From Camelus ferus (Eukaryota), in NCBI RefSeq assembly GCF_009834535.1, contig NC_045696.1, positions 248,001 through 312,000 of the forward strand: DNA of 64,000 bases. Direction: 5' to 3'. Below are positions 23,703 through 36,424 of this stretch, in pieces. A program made the position numbers and the translations under genes. Each line of letters opens with the position of its first letter. Position 1 is the stretch's first letter. The notes under the pieces are model-generated. The model was not told the origin of the DNA and searched no databases. It saw only the letters and a list, made by a program, of their open reading frames with translations.

Positions 23703-26299
23703 CTGGGAGACACGTGGTCAGAGGGCATCAGTGGTCAAAGGCGGCCACAGCTCGACAAGAAGGACGAGGGAAGCGGATGAAACCACCCACTTTATACCGA
23801 CTGGGTGTTCACAGAACACAGCACATTAGGGATGGACAGACAGCAGTCCTCACTGCAGGTCGCCCCTGCCCAGACCCTGGGAGGCCAGGGAGGGTGGTGC
23901 GCAGCCAAGGCACAGATGTCACAGATGTGGGAGGCCCGGCCCCGTGGACAGTGCCCTCTGCCCGCCATCTCTGTGTGACAGAGTGGGCGGCAGGGCGGGC
24001 AAGGACAGCAGGGTTCCTCTGAGGGTGAGCTGCCTGCCCCAGAGGCCCCACAGCTCCTTGCAGGCATCTGTGCCCGAATGTGGGGGCCTGGACGCTTCTC
24101 CTGGGGAGGCCCATACCCCTGGGGGTGGGCCAGGACATCCACCTGACTCTTAAAGACATGACACATTGTTCCTTCAACTTTTCTACTTGTTTAAAATTCT
24201 CTATAATTAAAACCTGGGGACACTGGATCTTGAAATCTATTTTCTCCTCTTGAACTCAAGTCTGACTTGAGAACACCTGTGCCCCCACACCCAGGAGGCC
24301 CCTCCAGGTGCTCCCCTCAAGTCAGACAGGGCCCTGTCTGGCATCCTTAGGCTACAAGACACCAAACTCAGGCTGCTGATTCCAGAGTTACAGTAAACAT
24401 GCCACGTTTAACCCAGCTGTGGGTTTCACCAGGCTACAAGCTGATGCCCCACCAGGTCTGGGGCAGCTCAGTGTGTTACTGACGGAGCCAGAGCCCACCC
24501 ACCCAGACCACCGCCTGCACTGCGTCCTCACACCCAGCACGACCACTCAGCCCCTGCACCACGAACATCACCCCAGAGAACCCCGATGAACACAAGAAAG
24601 CATCATCCAGGGGTCACTTCCTGGAACCCACACAGCTCACCTGCCCTCGTGTGCACCTTCCTCTTGTCCTGGCGTCATCCGCGAGCATCTGGAGCGCCCA
24701 CCCCTCCTGCACCCCACCTTTCTGCAGCTTCCAGAGAACACTGGTTCTTAATACCTTGGGTCACACACCCCTCTGGGAAAGGGTCTTAGCTCTCCCCAGG
24801 AAGTGCACAGCAGGCCCCGTGTGCACCCGCAGAGCGTCTGCACCCCTCAGCCTTCACGCAGGGCCCGGCTCTGCCCTCTGGCTACTAAGTACATTTGCTA
24901 CCTGCTGGTAAGCTTTTAAAGTGTAACTTCAGAACTTTCACCATGCATTTTCCTTTATTCACTAAAATTTTTTTATGAACAGGGTCAAATGTACCGCAGA
25001 GCAGAGCGGGGCTCAGGCCCCGGTCTGTCTTTTCTTCTCCCTTCCTGTGACTGCAGCCCCAGCCCTGAGCCCCAGAAAGCCTCCCGTCCTCAGGGGCGCT
25101 CAGCCTCCTCCCCCGGAGCCCAAGGGCAGGTAAAGAGTAGGGATGGCCATCCGTCCTGGAGGAAAACGGCCACATGTTCCAAGAGTGGAAGGTGCAGAAG
25201 TAGCTATGATGCCAGCAGGGGTTCTGGAGTGTCCAAGTCACCCCATGTCCAGATCAGGAACCAAGCCAGGCTGCCACCTCGCCGTGGCTCCTGAGCAGGG
25301 AGCATGTGGCTGGGTGGTCACCAGACGTCCACGCTCCATGGCAGCCCCCCGGGGAGTGGCCCCCCAGCTCCCTCAGCAGCAAGAGTCCCAGCACAAAGTG
25401 CTGGGGCCCGTGGGTGTCCAACGGACATGCGGAAGAGATGGGACGCTGGGGCCTGGGCACACGGGGCAGCACAGTGGACGCCAAGGGAAACCACGTGTAG
25501 GAGATCCAAGATTCACCTACACAGAAGCCAGGAGTTCCAGAAGCAGGAAAAGAAGAGGCAGTAACGAAAAAGAACATTTTCCTGAGATGAAGATTAAATG
25601 GGCAAGGAAGTGGGAAGGTCCCAGGCTCGAGCATATCCCAGAGAGGTTCCTGAAGAAGAACAAGCTGATAAAGAGGAGGAAGTGACACCTTATCACCTCC
25701 AACCCTGGAAGGGCACCAACTTGGCCCGGAGAGACCCGCAGAAACCTGGGGCTCCTGGTCCAGCTAGGGCACAGCAAGGAGACATGTATCCCGAGTGTGT
25801 GGCACCCAGGTGCCAGATCTGGGAGAAACCCACCCCGAACAGCCAAGAGCAGACTCCCAGAACGAGACCCCGTGACCGGGCAGGAGAGAATGGAGTGGGC
25901 CGTGGGAGGGAGCTGGGGGTGAGGACAGCGTCGGGGCTGCACTGGGGGAAGAGCGAGGGAGGTTTCCGAGAACCCGCATGGGGCAGGGAGGGCACCGGAA
26001 GGCCTGGAGTCCCCAGGGAGGCTCAGTTGTTCCCACCGGGGGGGACACCAGTGTCCTGTTCTCAAAACTGTAGTTCTGGTCAGAGGGCAGGGAGAGGAGA
26101 CCACTCAAGTACTCACTGGTGACAGCTAACATCTGGGAAGGTTTGGGACCAGCAACCCAGTCCAACAAAGCAGGGCCCAGGGAGTGGGGCACAGGGCAGA
26201 GTTGGGGAGGGAGGCCCAGAGACGGCGGCCCAGGGGCCACCACATGAAGCTAAGGCCCTCACAAGGTGTGAAGAAGAAACAGGAGCAGAACATCACCTG

Positions 26300-27050
26300 C
26301 CCATACAGGCAAAGGCAGCAGCTGAAAACTCGGGCTGGTCTTCAACTTCAGAATGTGCGAAAATACATGAAAAGAAAATGATACAAGACGTAAAAGAATA
26401 ACAAATGAGAAGCAGAAAGTCAGAAATGAAGACAGACCTAGCAGGGGCCCCAGAGCAGACAACGGACACAACCTCAGGATGACGGACGGACGAAAGGATG
26501 GACAGAGAAGGCGGAAAACTCCAACAGAAACGCTTCCAGAGAACATGTCAGAGCAGATCCAATGCGAGGCGAGGACACGAGGACACGAGGGAAACCAGGA
26601 GGGGGCACACGGGAACCGTGGCTCCAGAGAGCCCCCTTCAGGTCAGAAAGAAGACCTGCAACTACACGTTTAAAGGCACCTCACACATGGGAACGCTGAC
26701 CCAGAGCAAGCAAGCTTACTACTATGTATGCGCTGTAAGGAAAGGAAAAACACCCTTTTGATACCAAGGCCAAGTGACCCCTATGAGAACGGACATCAGG
26801 GTCTCATTGGCCTTGGTGCTTGAAGCCAGGAGAAAATGGACACGTTAGAGATGCTCGAGAAAAGAAAATGCAAGTCAACGGTTTCCCATCCAGCAAAAAT
26901 GACTTCCAATTACAGAGTGTACAGACTGCCATCAACAAGCAAGAACTTGGGATACTGTTCCCTTGAGCCCTTCCTGAGAAGTCGACTCTAGAAAACCAGT
27001 GCACCAGGAAGACGCAGGAGTGGGCACTGGGCCCAGATGCAGGGAAAAGG
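26300..27050 (+). mobile_element. Very old L1/HAL1 ORF1-like remnant
   Basis: Purine-rich decayed sequence with ORF1-like motifs (AAAATGACTTCCAATTACAG, CCCTTCCTGAGAAG); recognised by eye, boundaries approximate. Confidence 0.35.
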
Positions 27051-28318
27051 GGCAGAGGCGGCGGGTGCGGGAAAATGTGAGCAGTTTCAAAAAGCACACT
27101 GGTGGTCGCCTGTCACTACCAGTACTTGGCGGTGCCACTGGTGATGGAGGATAAAGCAAGTGAGCAACCACGGGGTACCTGAGCTCCGTCATCTCCCCCA
27201 CCCTGGAGAACCAGGATTCCTGGTGGGGGAAAAGGAGACACAGACACAATGTAGAAAGGGTTCAGTAAAACCCTGTAACCCTGAACTGAACGGGACACAC
27301 AGTGTGAACGCAGGAGGCACTGCCTGAGACGGACAAGGACACCTGCTATCATGCCGAGCTCTGCTCACTGGGAGGGGACAGACAGCAGCTCACCTGGAAA
27401 CCCGTTCTGGGGGCCGTTCTGGGGGGAACTGACCAGAGCGTCTGGGCTACCAGGCAGCCAGGAGGCGTCAGGATGAGAGGTCACACTGAGCACCTGGGAG
27501 CAGCACCCCCAGAATGATGGGAAACAATTCGTGTCACTACCAGAAGGAAAGACCTGACACTTACTCTGCTGTTCACAGGTGAACCCTAGCCCTGGTGGCT
27601 TGGCACTACCGAGGGGAGGACCGGTGAGTAAAGAGAATGACAGAATTATAAGGCCACCACTTTGTGGCCCTCCCGAACTAGTGGGGGTGGGACGCTGGGC
27701 ACCAACGGCTGCTAGTACGCTAATTCCACAGACTGAGAGACCCGACCTGCAGTTTCTGAGGAGATAGCTCTATACTGCTTGGGGTCTTGGCGAGGCCCAT
27801 GAACCTGGCAGTGGCCCAGAGTCTGGGCCCGCTGAGCAGCTCCAGACTGGAGGACGCCACAGGGTCAAGGAGCGGGCAAGAGGGCAGCCTGCAGATTCAG
27901 CGACGTAACAACATGTCAGATGGAAAGAAAGCCGGCAGATGGAGCCATGATGTCCAGGGTGCTCAGCCAGGCGAGCAAACTGGGGAGAAGCGGTGACCCC
28001 GGGAGGCAGGACAGAGGCTGACGTGGGGATAATGAGGAGGTGCTGGGATGGGCAGGTGAAGACCCACTTCTTCAGCTGGCTGGCAGTTAAGAGGTTAGAG
28101 GCATCTGCTCTGCAGGGAGAGACTGGGGAGGACGGGGAGAACAGCCGTGTGGAAAAGACAGGAGGAAGGTGCAGCCGGTGGCACTAAGACCTGGGCGGGG
28201 CGGGGGGGCACCCGCACAACCAGACTGTCCCTGCTCACGGGCTGCGGGTGCTGGGGGAAGATGAAACAGCATCAGGCTCAGAGGCGGCAGGCTGGGCCTG
28301 GAGGCTCCACCTGCTTAC

Positions 28319-28442
28319 CTGGGGGGTAGACCAGTGCCACGTGGGCCCCGGCGCTCAGCTGAGCCTTCTCCGTCAGGGCAGCAGCCACTCTCTCGGCCTT
28401 TTTGTGCAGCTGGATGCAGGTCGCGGTGCTGGTGACAGTGCC
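28319..28442 (-). CDS. DIP2A: DIP2A exon
   Basis: GTVTSTATCIQLHKKAERVAAALTEKAQLSAGAHVALVYPP; AG/GT, 124 nt. Confidence 0.95.
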
Positions 28443-30765
28443 CTGGGAAAGCAACCATGGGCACCACTGAGCCGGGGGCCAAGGGCGCCTGCTCAGGGGA
28501 TCTGGGGACACTTGTGCACACCGTGTCCCACCCTCGGCTGGGAGTTGGGACGCAGCCCTGACACACCCGCCGCCTTCTCCAGCCCCTGCATCTCAGCTAG
28601 GGCCCTGGCAGGGGCTCTTCCACCAGCAGTGAAGGGCCTGGCCACTGAGCATCTCCTCAGAGCCTGCCTGTCCACGACAGTCAGGCTCAGAGATGAAAGT
28701 AAACTCTTTTGGCCTTTTTGAGAAAATATTTAAAATATTACAATATCATAAGGAATAATCGAATAAATATCCAGTTTCTCATTACCTAATATTTTAACAC
28801 TGTTTCAACTTCTTTCGTAAAATACATCATCACCACTCTACACACACCCCCAGTCCACCCTCTCCCTCCCCAGAAGCAACCATTATCCTGAAAAGAAACA
28901 CACATCAGTAAATAGCAAACAAGAAGTAAACAAACACTTCATGCACGTGCAGATGCCACACCAGCCAGGTCCGTGGCCTGCGTCACCTGCAGCCTGCTCT
29001 TTCTGGGCGTCTGGAGGATGAGCGGCTGGTGGGGTGGCCCCGCACCTGAGGGCTCAGCATTCACCGGGGTCTCTGCTGAGGACCTCTGGGCCGGGACCAG
29101 CCCCATGCTAATGACCCCCTCCTGCCACTGACCCAAGTCAGGCCTCGGCTCTGTCAGTCCTTCTTAGGAAAACCATCAACACCCTTCAGGCCCAGGGTAG
29201 CATCCAAACCCCTCACTTCTCCTCAGCTTGGGGTCCCACCGCGCAGGCCCCGGGGTTCTGCACCGCGAGTTAGACTCACACCTCACACCCAAGCTGAGGT
29301 GCAGAGCGTCACGCTGGGCACACCCCAGGAGCCCAAAGGCCCGGAACCCCGCCAGGCCCCTCGGATGACCTGGATCCCTCAGGCCAGGGGCCGCCTCGTG
29401 CTGGGGCACCACATGCACAGGCACAGGCCTCCTCCTGGGTCAAAGGTCAGCACATCTTCGGGGACTTACGGACAATTCAAACCTGAGAAGGCTGGCAAAC
29501 CAAAAGAAATGCAAAACCTTATGAGTGACTTTAAGCCAAGTCTGGGATGGATCTGGAGAAGGCCAGATGGTCTTCTCTTGGCTCCTCCTGAACTTTCGAA
29601 GCTCAAGACGGTCTTGGGCTTTTCTGGGCTGACCGCATGCCTGGTAAGCATGTCTGCACAACTCCCCCTGGGCAGCTCCCCACCCCAGGAAAGCGCCCCG
29701 CTGCACAGGCGTTCAGCCAACAGCCCAGAGCCAGTCTCGGGCCCTTGCAGGACCCCTGCCCTCCGTCTCTCCGAACAGTCACCTGGTGTCTGGACACAGC
29801 CTCCGGGGCCCTCCTGCTCCCACACTCACCCTCATAATCCAGAGGAATTGCTCCGAATCACAAGCTGCCTGTCGCTCCTCAGGGCTCAGGTCTGGGGCTT
29901 CCCACCACCCACTAGTTAAAGTCCAGTGCCCCGGCCCCGCCTGCTCCCAGCCCTTCTGTATGGATCTCCAGGCCTCGTCATGAGCTGACTCTGTCTTGGT
30001 CAGCTGTCATTTACTGGCTTTCTCCACGTTTCAGAACTCAAACAATCGTAAAACAAATGTTTACTGAGCATGGTCTCCATCTGCAGATCCACTGTGAACA
30101 AGGAAGATAAGGCCTCTCTTGTGGACTAGTTTGCCAGCAGGGAAGACTCACTTCAGTGCCCTGAGAACAGGGGCCTTTCTTATCTTACTTAACACTGAGT
30201 GCATAAGCAGGCACTTGCCAGTATGTTTTGAGTGAAGAACCAGTGGCCAGCGGTGGGCAGTGTGTGTTTCTAAAACCACAGCAGCCCCGCTACTGCATCA
30301 GAGCACAGGCCCTGCGGCCCCTGCCATGCGTCTGATGGCGAGTCATGCAGGGTTTTTACTGTTACTTAACTGTCACTTTTTCATACTTTGTCTATCGGCC
30401 CACAACTGGATGTGAGGATTACTTTCTCCTTCTTTACACCTTAGAAGCCCACAGAAAGGCAGTGAGACGTATCTGTCTTGCTAAAGCTATAAACAAATGC
30501 ACAAAGTCTAAATTCCTAATTTTCACAAAGTAAACACCTCCTCTTAACTCACTTAACATGCACACTGGGCATAATCAAGACAAGCTCATGAGGATTTTCC
30601 TGTTAGATGTGAGATCCTCAGAGATGTAACTGCATGGCTTGTGTGGAAGCTGAGGCTCCACAGAGAGAACCACGCCAGCCACAGGCCTGGGCGTCAAGGC
30701 TCGCTGTTCTCCGAATGTGAGACCATGAGGCCGAGCGCCACACCCATGTGGCTGGCAGGCCTCAC

Positions 30766-30846
30766 CTTGGCGTTGAGCAGCAGGAACAGCGGATGCTCGG
30801 GGGTGGTGTGGGCCCGCCACCGCAGCACGTCTGGCAGGAACAGGAA
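30766..30846 (-). CDS. DIP2A: DIP2A exon
   Basis: FLFLPDVLRWRAHTTPEHPLFLLLNAK; AG/GT, 81 nt. Confidence 0.95.
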
Positions 30847-30928
30847 CTGCGGGAAGGGCACGAGAGGCTCAGTCCTGGCGGGGTCCCAACCGCCCAAGAG
30901 GCGCCCCCTCAACCGCTGCCCACCTTAC

Positions 30929-31038
30929 CTTCCTTGCCTGGTCGCTGTCCTCCAAGTGAGCCAGCTCCCTCCCCGAGGCCTGAGCAATTCTCTTCCCGGC
31001 AACCAGATTCCCGACAATCATGGAGGCTGGTCCGACCT
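30929..31038 (-). CDS. DIP2A: DIP2A exon
   Basis: VGPASMIVGNLVAGKRIAQASGRELAHLEDSDQARK; AG/GT, 110 nt. Confidence 0.95.
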
Positions 31039-31826
31039 CTAGAACACGAGGGACTTCTGAGTGGGACGTGGGGGAGTGTGATGGATAATGACACACGACT
31101 TCTATTTACAGGCAGTCACTTGACTCTTCCCTAAGACACAGGTGTTCGGGAAACCAGCTACAAGGTTGGTGCTAAGTATCAGAGACTCTCTCCTCAATGT
31201 AAGCAATGCTATCTAAGAAACTCACTGCGTGGCATGGGCCTGGGGGCTCTGATTTGAACTTGGCCACAGCTGAATGCAATGTATTTCACTGAAATCTTCC
31301 CGATTAAATGAATTTTACTTAATGATATTTTATGTGTTCAAATATCAAGAAAAGTTAGCATTTACTAAGAATTTACATAACCAAAGGAATGAAAATGTGT
31401 ACATAACAGTTAAATCAGGGAAGGGAAACCCTGTTGCCGAGACCTCCCAGGTCCCACTGGCCAGGAGGCCATGGCAGATCGCAGCGCTGAGCAGCGCACG
31501 CGCAGCCCGCCATGGTCCCATGGGCGTAAGAGTCCAAGCCCCGGGCACCATCTCTGCTCCCAGGGAGCCACCGCCCAGCCTTCAGAGCCAAGGTGCTAGG
31601 CTTGGCTCAGTCCTGGGATGGGCTCTAACAGGCGAGGAGCGCAACCACGACGTGCTCTCATTCCAAGGGGTCAGGAGGCGGTGATGGACTTGGTGTGCCA
31701 TCTGCTCTGGCTTTTAACCCCACCCCCAAGGGATGTGAGGTCCAACAGGGCAGCACCATTTAAACCCAAGTGTAGCTGCCACTGACTTTAAGGCTGAATA
31801 GACGTGTGTTGTTGTGTACAACTAAC

Positions 31827-32028
31827 CTGGCTGTTTCTGGCGAGGTTTGGGGAGGTTGGTAACACACGTGTGAGGGCACATTAGCACATTACACGGGTGC
31901 AGCATCCCCTCCAGAAAGCGCTGCTTGGTTTCAGAAATGTGAATCCCTCCGAGAGGAGCCTTGGGCAAGGTGTTGGCGGGAACCAGGGCCAGACAGTACA
32001 CGCCCACCTGGTGGATGCTGTCGACGGC
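31827..32028 (-). CDS. DIP2A: DIP2A exon
   Basis: AVDSIHQVGVYCLALVPANTLPKAPLGGIH..CPHTCVTNLPKPRQKQP; AG/GT, 202 nt. Confidence 0.95.
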
Positions 32029-32192
32029 CTGTATGGGGGCAGAGACAAGGAGCTGTGTTTGAGCGCATGCTGGCTCCTCGGGCTTGTGAGAAGCTGGAGG
32101 CTGGGAGCAGCCCTGGGTGAGAATACTCAAGACCCTGGGATGTTTTGCTAAGTGAAAAACAGGGAGAGACAAGAGTGTGCTTTGCGTTATTC

Positions 32193-32214
32193 CACACACA
32201 CACACACACACACA
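32193..32214. repeat. (CA)n microsatellite
   Basis: About 11 uninterrupted CA units. Confidence 0.9.
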
Positions 32215-32259
32215 AATTCTGCGTCTGTGTACATGTGGATGGGAATCTGCAACTGCACG

Positions 32260-33110
32260 TTACAGACAGAAAGTTAGACAAGCCATAAAAGTGATCATGT
32301 GACCTCCTGCGGGAGAAGCCCTGGGAAGGCAAGGCAAAAGCCAGACTCCTCTGAACATACCTTGTTTTCAAATTTGACTTTGGAACCATGTAAGTGTTTT
32401 ACATACAAAAAACTTAAAAATTGACAAAGCAACCCATAACAACTGAAAGTAAACTAAAACAAATGAACTCAGCGAAACTGGAATCAGGTTGGTGGCACAG
32501 CCCCACAGAAAGAATGTATTCAAAGTGACTTTAAACATAGCAATTTGATTAGTCCAGTTGTAGTGGGACACACCTTATGGGCAAAAAGAATTGAAAAAAC
32601 ATTGTAAGCTGCTCTTGGAAATCTCATGCTTCAGAGGTTGTGTGGGGGCCGCTGTTTGGAGACTGCAGTGTGTACAGAGTGGCCTCAGGTCCAGGAGAAC
32701 CTTTGCTGCAGTCCTCGACCACCGCGGTTCTTCAGCGTGGGAGAAAGAGCAGAGTTACGGAAAAACCCTGAGGACGTGAGCTTGAGTTGGAACCAGCAGC
32801 ATATGCTCATGATGTGGGTGAACTTGCAAGAAAGTTGACATCACTTCCTACTCTGTCTGAAAAAAGCCAGTAACATCATGTGCCCAGATGGTGGTCCTAA
32901 ATTCTGTTTCCCCTGAAGAAGCAGGGCTCTAGGTCTAGGACATGAACTGCACCACCTCCCCGAGTGTCCGAGCTTCTGCTCTCAGTGTGGCCTCAGAGAA
33001 CCAGGGGTGTGTCCACAGGACTCAGGAGCTGATCCGAAGAGGCCCCCACTGACCACTGATAAATAAAGAGAATAACTGTAATCCAATAGCCCACAATAAA
33101 ACAGAAAACA
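32260..33110 (+). mobile_element. Old L1MC-type 3' region remnant
   Basis: Motif CCTTGTTTT..TTTGACTTTGGAACCATGTAAGTGTTTTACATAC recalled from L1MC-family 3' ends; boundaries approximate. Confidence 0.45.
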
Positions 33111-33249
33111 GAACAACTCATTGGTCACTTTCAGAGGCTTCCCGGAACCAGCTTATCACCCTGAAGTCAACCTTGGACCTCATTTTCCTGCACAACCTGC
33201 TACAAAGAAGGCCATGTCCTCTGAACTTGCCTGGGGACCCAGAGGGCAG

Positions 33250-33563
33250 CTTCTCTTCTTTCTCAAGAGTGTTTTGGCTATTCAGTGTCTTGTGTGTTTC
33301 CACAGAAATTTTAACATTGTTTGTTCCAGTTCTGTGAAAAATGTCACTGGTAATTTGCTACGGATTGAGCTGAAGCTGTAGACTGCCTTGGGTAGCGGGG
33401 CCATTTTAACAATACCGATTCTTCCAATCCAAGAGAACAGTGTATCTTTCCATCCGTTTGTGTCATCTTCGATTTCTTTCATCAGCATCTTATGGTTTTC
33501 AGAGTACAGGTCTCTTGTCTCCTTAGGTAAGTTTATTCCTAAATATTTTATTCTTTTTGATGC
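33250..33563 (-). mobile_element. L1 ORF2 fragment, inverted relative to the adjacent L1
   Basis: Minus-strand [43 protein letters not shown] is L1 ORF2p. Confidence 0.9.
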
Positions 33564-35300
33564 AGAATTAGTATTGTTAAAATGTCCATATTACCCAAAG
33601 CCATCTGCAGATTTAATGCAATCCCTATCAAAATACCCATGACATTTTTCACAAAAATTGAACAAACAATCCTAACATTTGTAGGGAACCACAAAAGACC
33701 CTGAATTGTCAAAGCAATCTGGAGGAAGAAGTACAAAGCTGGAGGTATCATGCTCCCTGAGTTCAAGCATCATAAACTACAGTAATCAAAACATAAAACT
33801 ACAGTAATCAAAATCTGAAAGCTACAGTAATCAAATTTGTGGTACTGGCACAAAAACAGATGCACAGATCAATGGAGCAGAATGGAGAGTCCAGAAATGA
33901 ACCCACATATATGTGTCACTTAATTTACAACAAAGGAGGCAAAAACATACAACAGTGAAAGACAGCTCAATAAATGGTGTTGGGAAAACTGGACAGCCAC
34001 ACACAAAAGTACAACAGTGAACACCATCTGACACCACACAAAAACTAACTCAAAATAAAGACTTAATGTAAGACCTGAAACCATAAAACTCCTAGACGAA
34101 AACACAGGCTATGGTAAACTCCTTGACATTAGTCTTGGTGATAATGTTTTGGATTTGATCCCAAAAGCAAAGGCAACAAAAGCAAAAGTAGGCAAGTGGG
34201 ACAACATCAAACCAAAAGGCTCCTGCACAGCAAAGGAAACCATCAGCAAAATGAAAAGGCAACATACCCAATGAGAGAAAATATTTGCATATTATACATC
34301 TATAAACTCATACAACTCAATAGCAAAAAAACCTAAATAAAGCAATTAAAAATGGGCAGAAGACCCGAATATTTTTCCAAAGAAGACATACAGATGGCCA
34401 ACAGACACAGGACAAGATGCTCAACATCAGTAATCATCAGGGACATCAAAACCACCATGAGGTGGACCTCACACCTGTCAGAAGGGCCATCATTAAAAAG
34501 ACAAGAAATAACAAGTGTCAGTGAGGATGCGGAGAAGCAGGAACCCTCATGCACTGATGGTGGGAGTGTAAACTGGTGCAGCCGCTGTGGAAACAATATG
34601 GCAGTACCTTAAACAACTGAAAATAGAACCACCATATGACCCAGCAATTCTGTTTCTTGGTATTTATCCAAACAAAATGAAAACACTAACTCAAAAAAAC
34701 ACATGCACCCCAATGTTCATTACAGTGTTATTCACAACTGCCAAGGTACAGAACCACCTAAGTGTCCATCAACAGATAACTGGATAAAGAAAATGTGGTA
34801 TATTTATACAAGGGAATACTTCTCAGCCATAAAGAAGAATAAAAGGTTGCCGTTCACAACAACATGGATGAAACTTGAGGACATTATGCAAAGTGACGTA
34901 AATCAGATGGAGAAAGACAAATACCATATGATCTCTCACATGCGGAATCTAAAAACCAAGAAACAGCTCACAGACAGAACAGACTGGTAGCTGCCAGAGG
35001 CTGGACTGGAGGTGGGAGAAATGGGTGAAGGGGTCAAAAGGCATGATGTCCAGTTATGAGATGAATGAATTCTGGAGTTGTGATATACAGCAGGATGACC
35101 ACAGTTAATACTACTGTATTGCGTACTTGAAAGCTGCTCAGAGTAGATCTTAGAAGTTTTCATCGCAAGAAAAAAATTCTATAACGTGTGTTGATGGATG
35201 TTAACTAGACTTACTGTGATTATTTCAGTGTAGAACAGACATCTGATCATTGTTACACCTGAAACTAATATAGTGTCAATTATACCTTAAAATTTTTAAA
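33564..35300 (+). mobile_element. 5'-truncated L1 (L1MA9-like 3' UTR), ORF2 C-terminal part decayed
   Basis: [43 protein letters not shown] motifs, then an L1MA-type 3' UTR; internal 3x ~22-nt tandem duplication at 33771-33835. Confidence 0.9.
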
Positions 35301-36309
35301 AAGTTATTGTTTTAAGATGTGACACTGGTATTTCTTTTTTAAAGAAACAGACACTACAATTTGCAGATAAAACCTGTGGTGTTGGGACTTGTTTCAGAAC
35401 ACTCCTGAGGGAGAAGGAGGGGCAGGTGGGGTGCAGGCAGGACCTGGCCTGGTAGCCAGTGAAGCAGGAGGCAGGAAATGCGGGAGCTGTTACACTCTTC
35501 TTCTTATGTTTAGTTCATCAGAAATATTCCACAATAAAACACTAACATTTTTATTAAAAACAAAAGTAAATATTAGAAAAGTGATCTCTGAAGCTCAGGC
35601 CTGGCCTCGCTGACAGGGCGAACCCGTGCCCGCTGGACCTCAGCCGCCTCAGACAGGTCCCCTCTAGGGAGGATGGGGCCCTGCACCCTCCACAAACGAC
35701 CTGCACATGTTGGGACAGCAGGGGCTTCTCTGAAAAGAGGCCAAGACTGGACTTCATCGCTTGTCCACAGAAGCTTTACCCCCACTGCCAGAAATTTACC
35801 CCACTGTCCACCAAGACGGGAACAGAAAAGCAAAGGAACACAGCTTGGCCATAGGGGAAAGGGCCACGGGTCCACCCACCACCACGGGGAGCGGCAGCCT
35901 ACCTACAGACCAGCGGTGCGTTGGGGGTGGGGTGCTCTTCCGGCCACTACTGGGTGACCCATCTGTCAGACCTGCCACCCCACGCACTTGAAAACCAGCT
36001 CACTGTGCGTGTGGGTTACATTCAGGAAGGTTGGCTAGTAGATCCTCCCCAAGAGGCAAGTCCAAGGTTTGTGCTCCTCCCTGGACCTGAATCTCATCCC
36101 GCCCCGCCCAGGAGAACGTGTAGAGACTGGTTCAGGGTTCAGGATGTGAAGGAAGGGCAGGAGGGGCAGCACACAGCTCCGGGGACCAAGGGTGGGGTGG
36201 GACGGGGGCGTGACGGCAGTAACAGGGCCCAGGCCACACATCTGACCTCCCCACAAGCTGGAGGGGCGGCACAGGGGCCCTGGGCAGCACCTCCATCCCC
36301 GCCCCGCAC

Positions 36310-36424
36310 CTGCAGCACGCGGCTCATCCACCGGAAGCTGTCCTCCTCAGAGGCATCGGGCCGCTGCTCTGCCACCAGCACAATCCGGTCTTCGCGCAGC
36401 ACCGGCACAGAGAACACCGCCACC
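36310..36424 (-). CDS. DIP2A: DIP2A exon
   Basis: VAVFSVPVLREDRIVLVAEQRPDASEEDSFRWMSRVLQ; AG/GT, 115 nt. Confidence 0.95.

Noticed and set aside
25143..26243. Cluster of 150-195 aa ORFs in a DIP2A intron
   Set aside because: Open in many frames on both strands, Pro/Gly/Arg-biased, no motif; typical of GC-rich non-coding DNA
29299..29919. 206-aa plus-strand ORF
   Set aside because: Non-ATG start, no domain, no supporting exon structure
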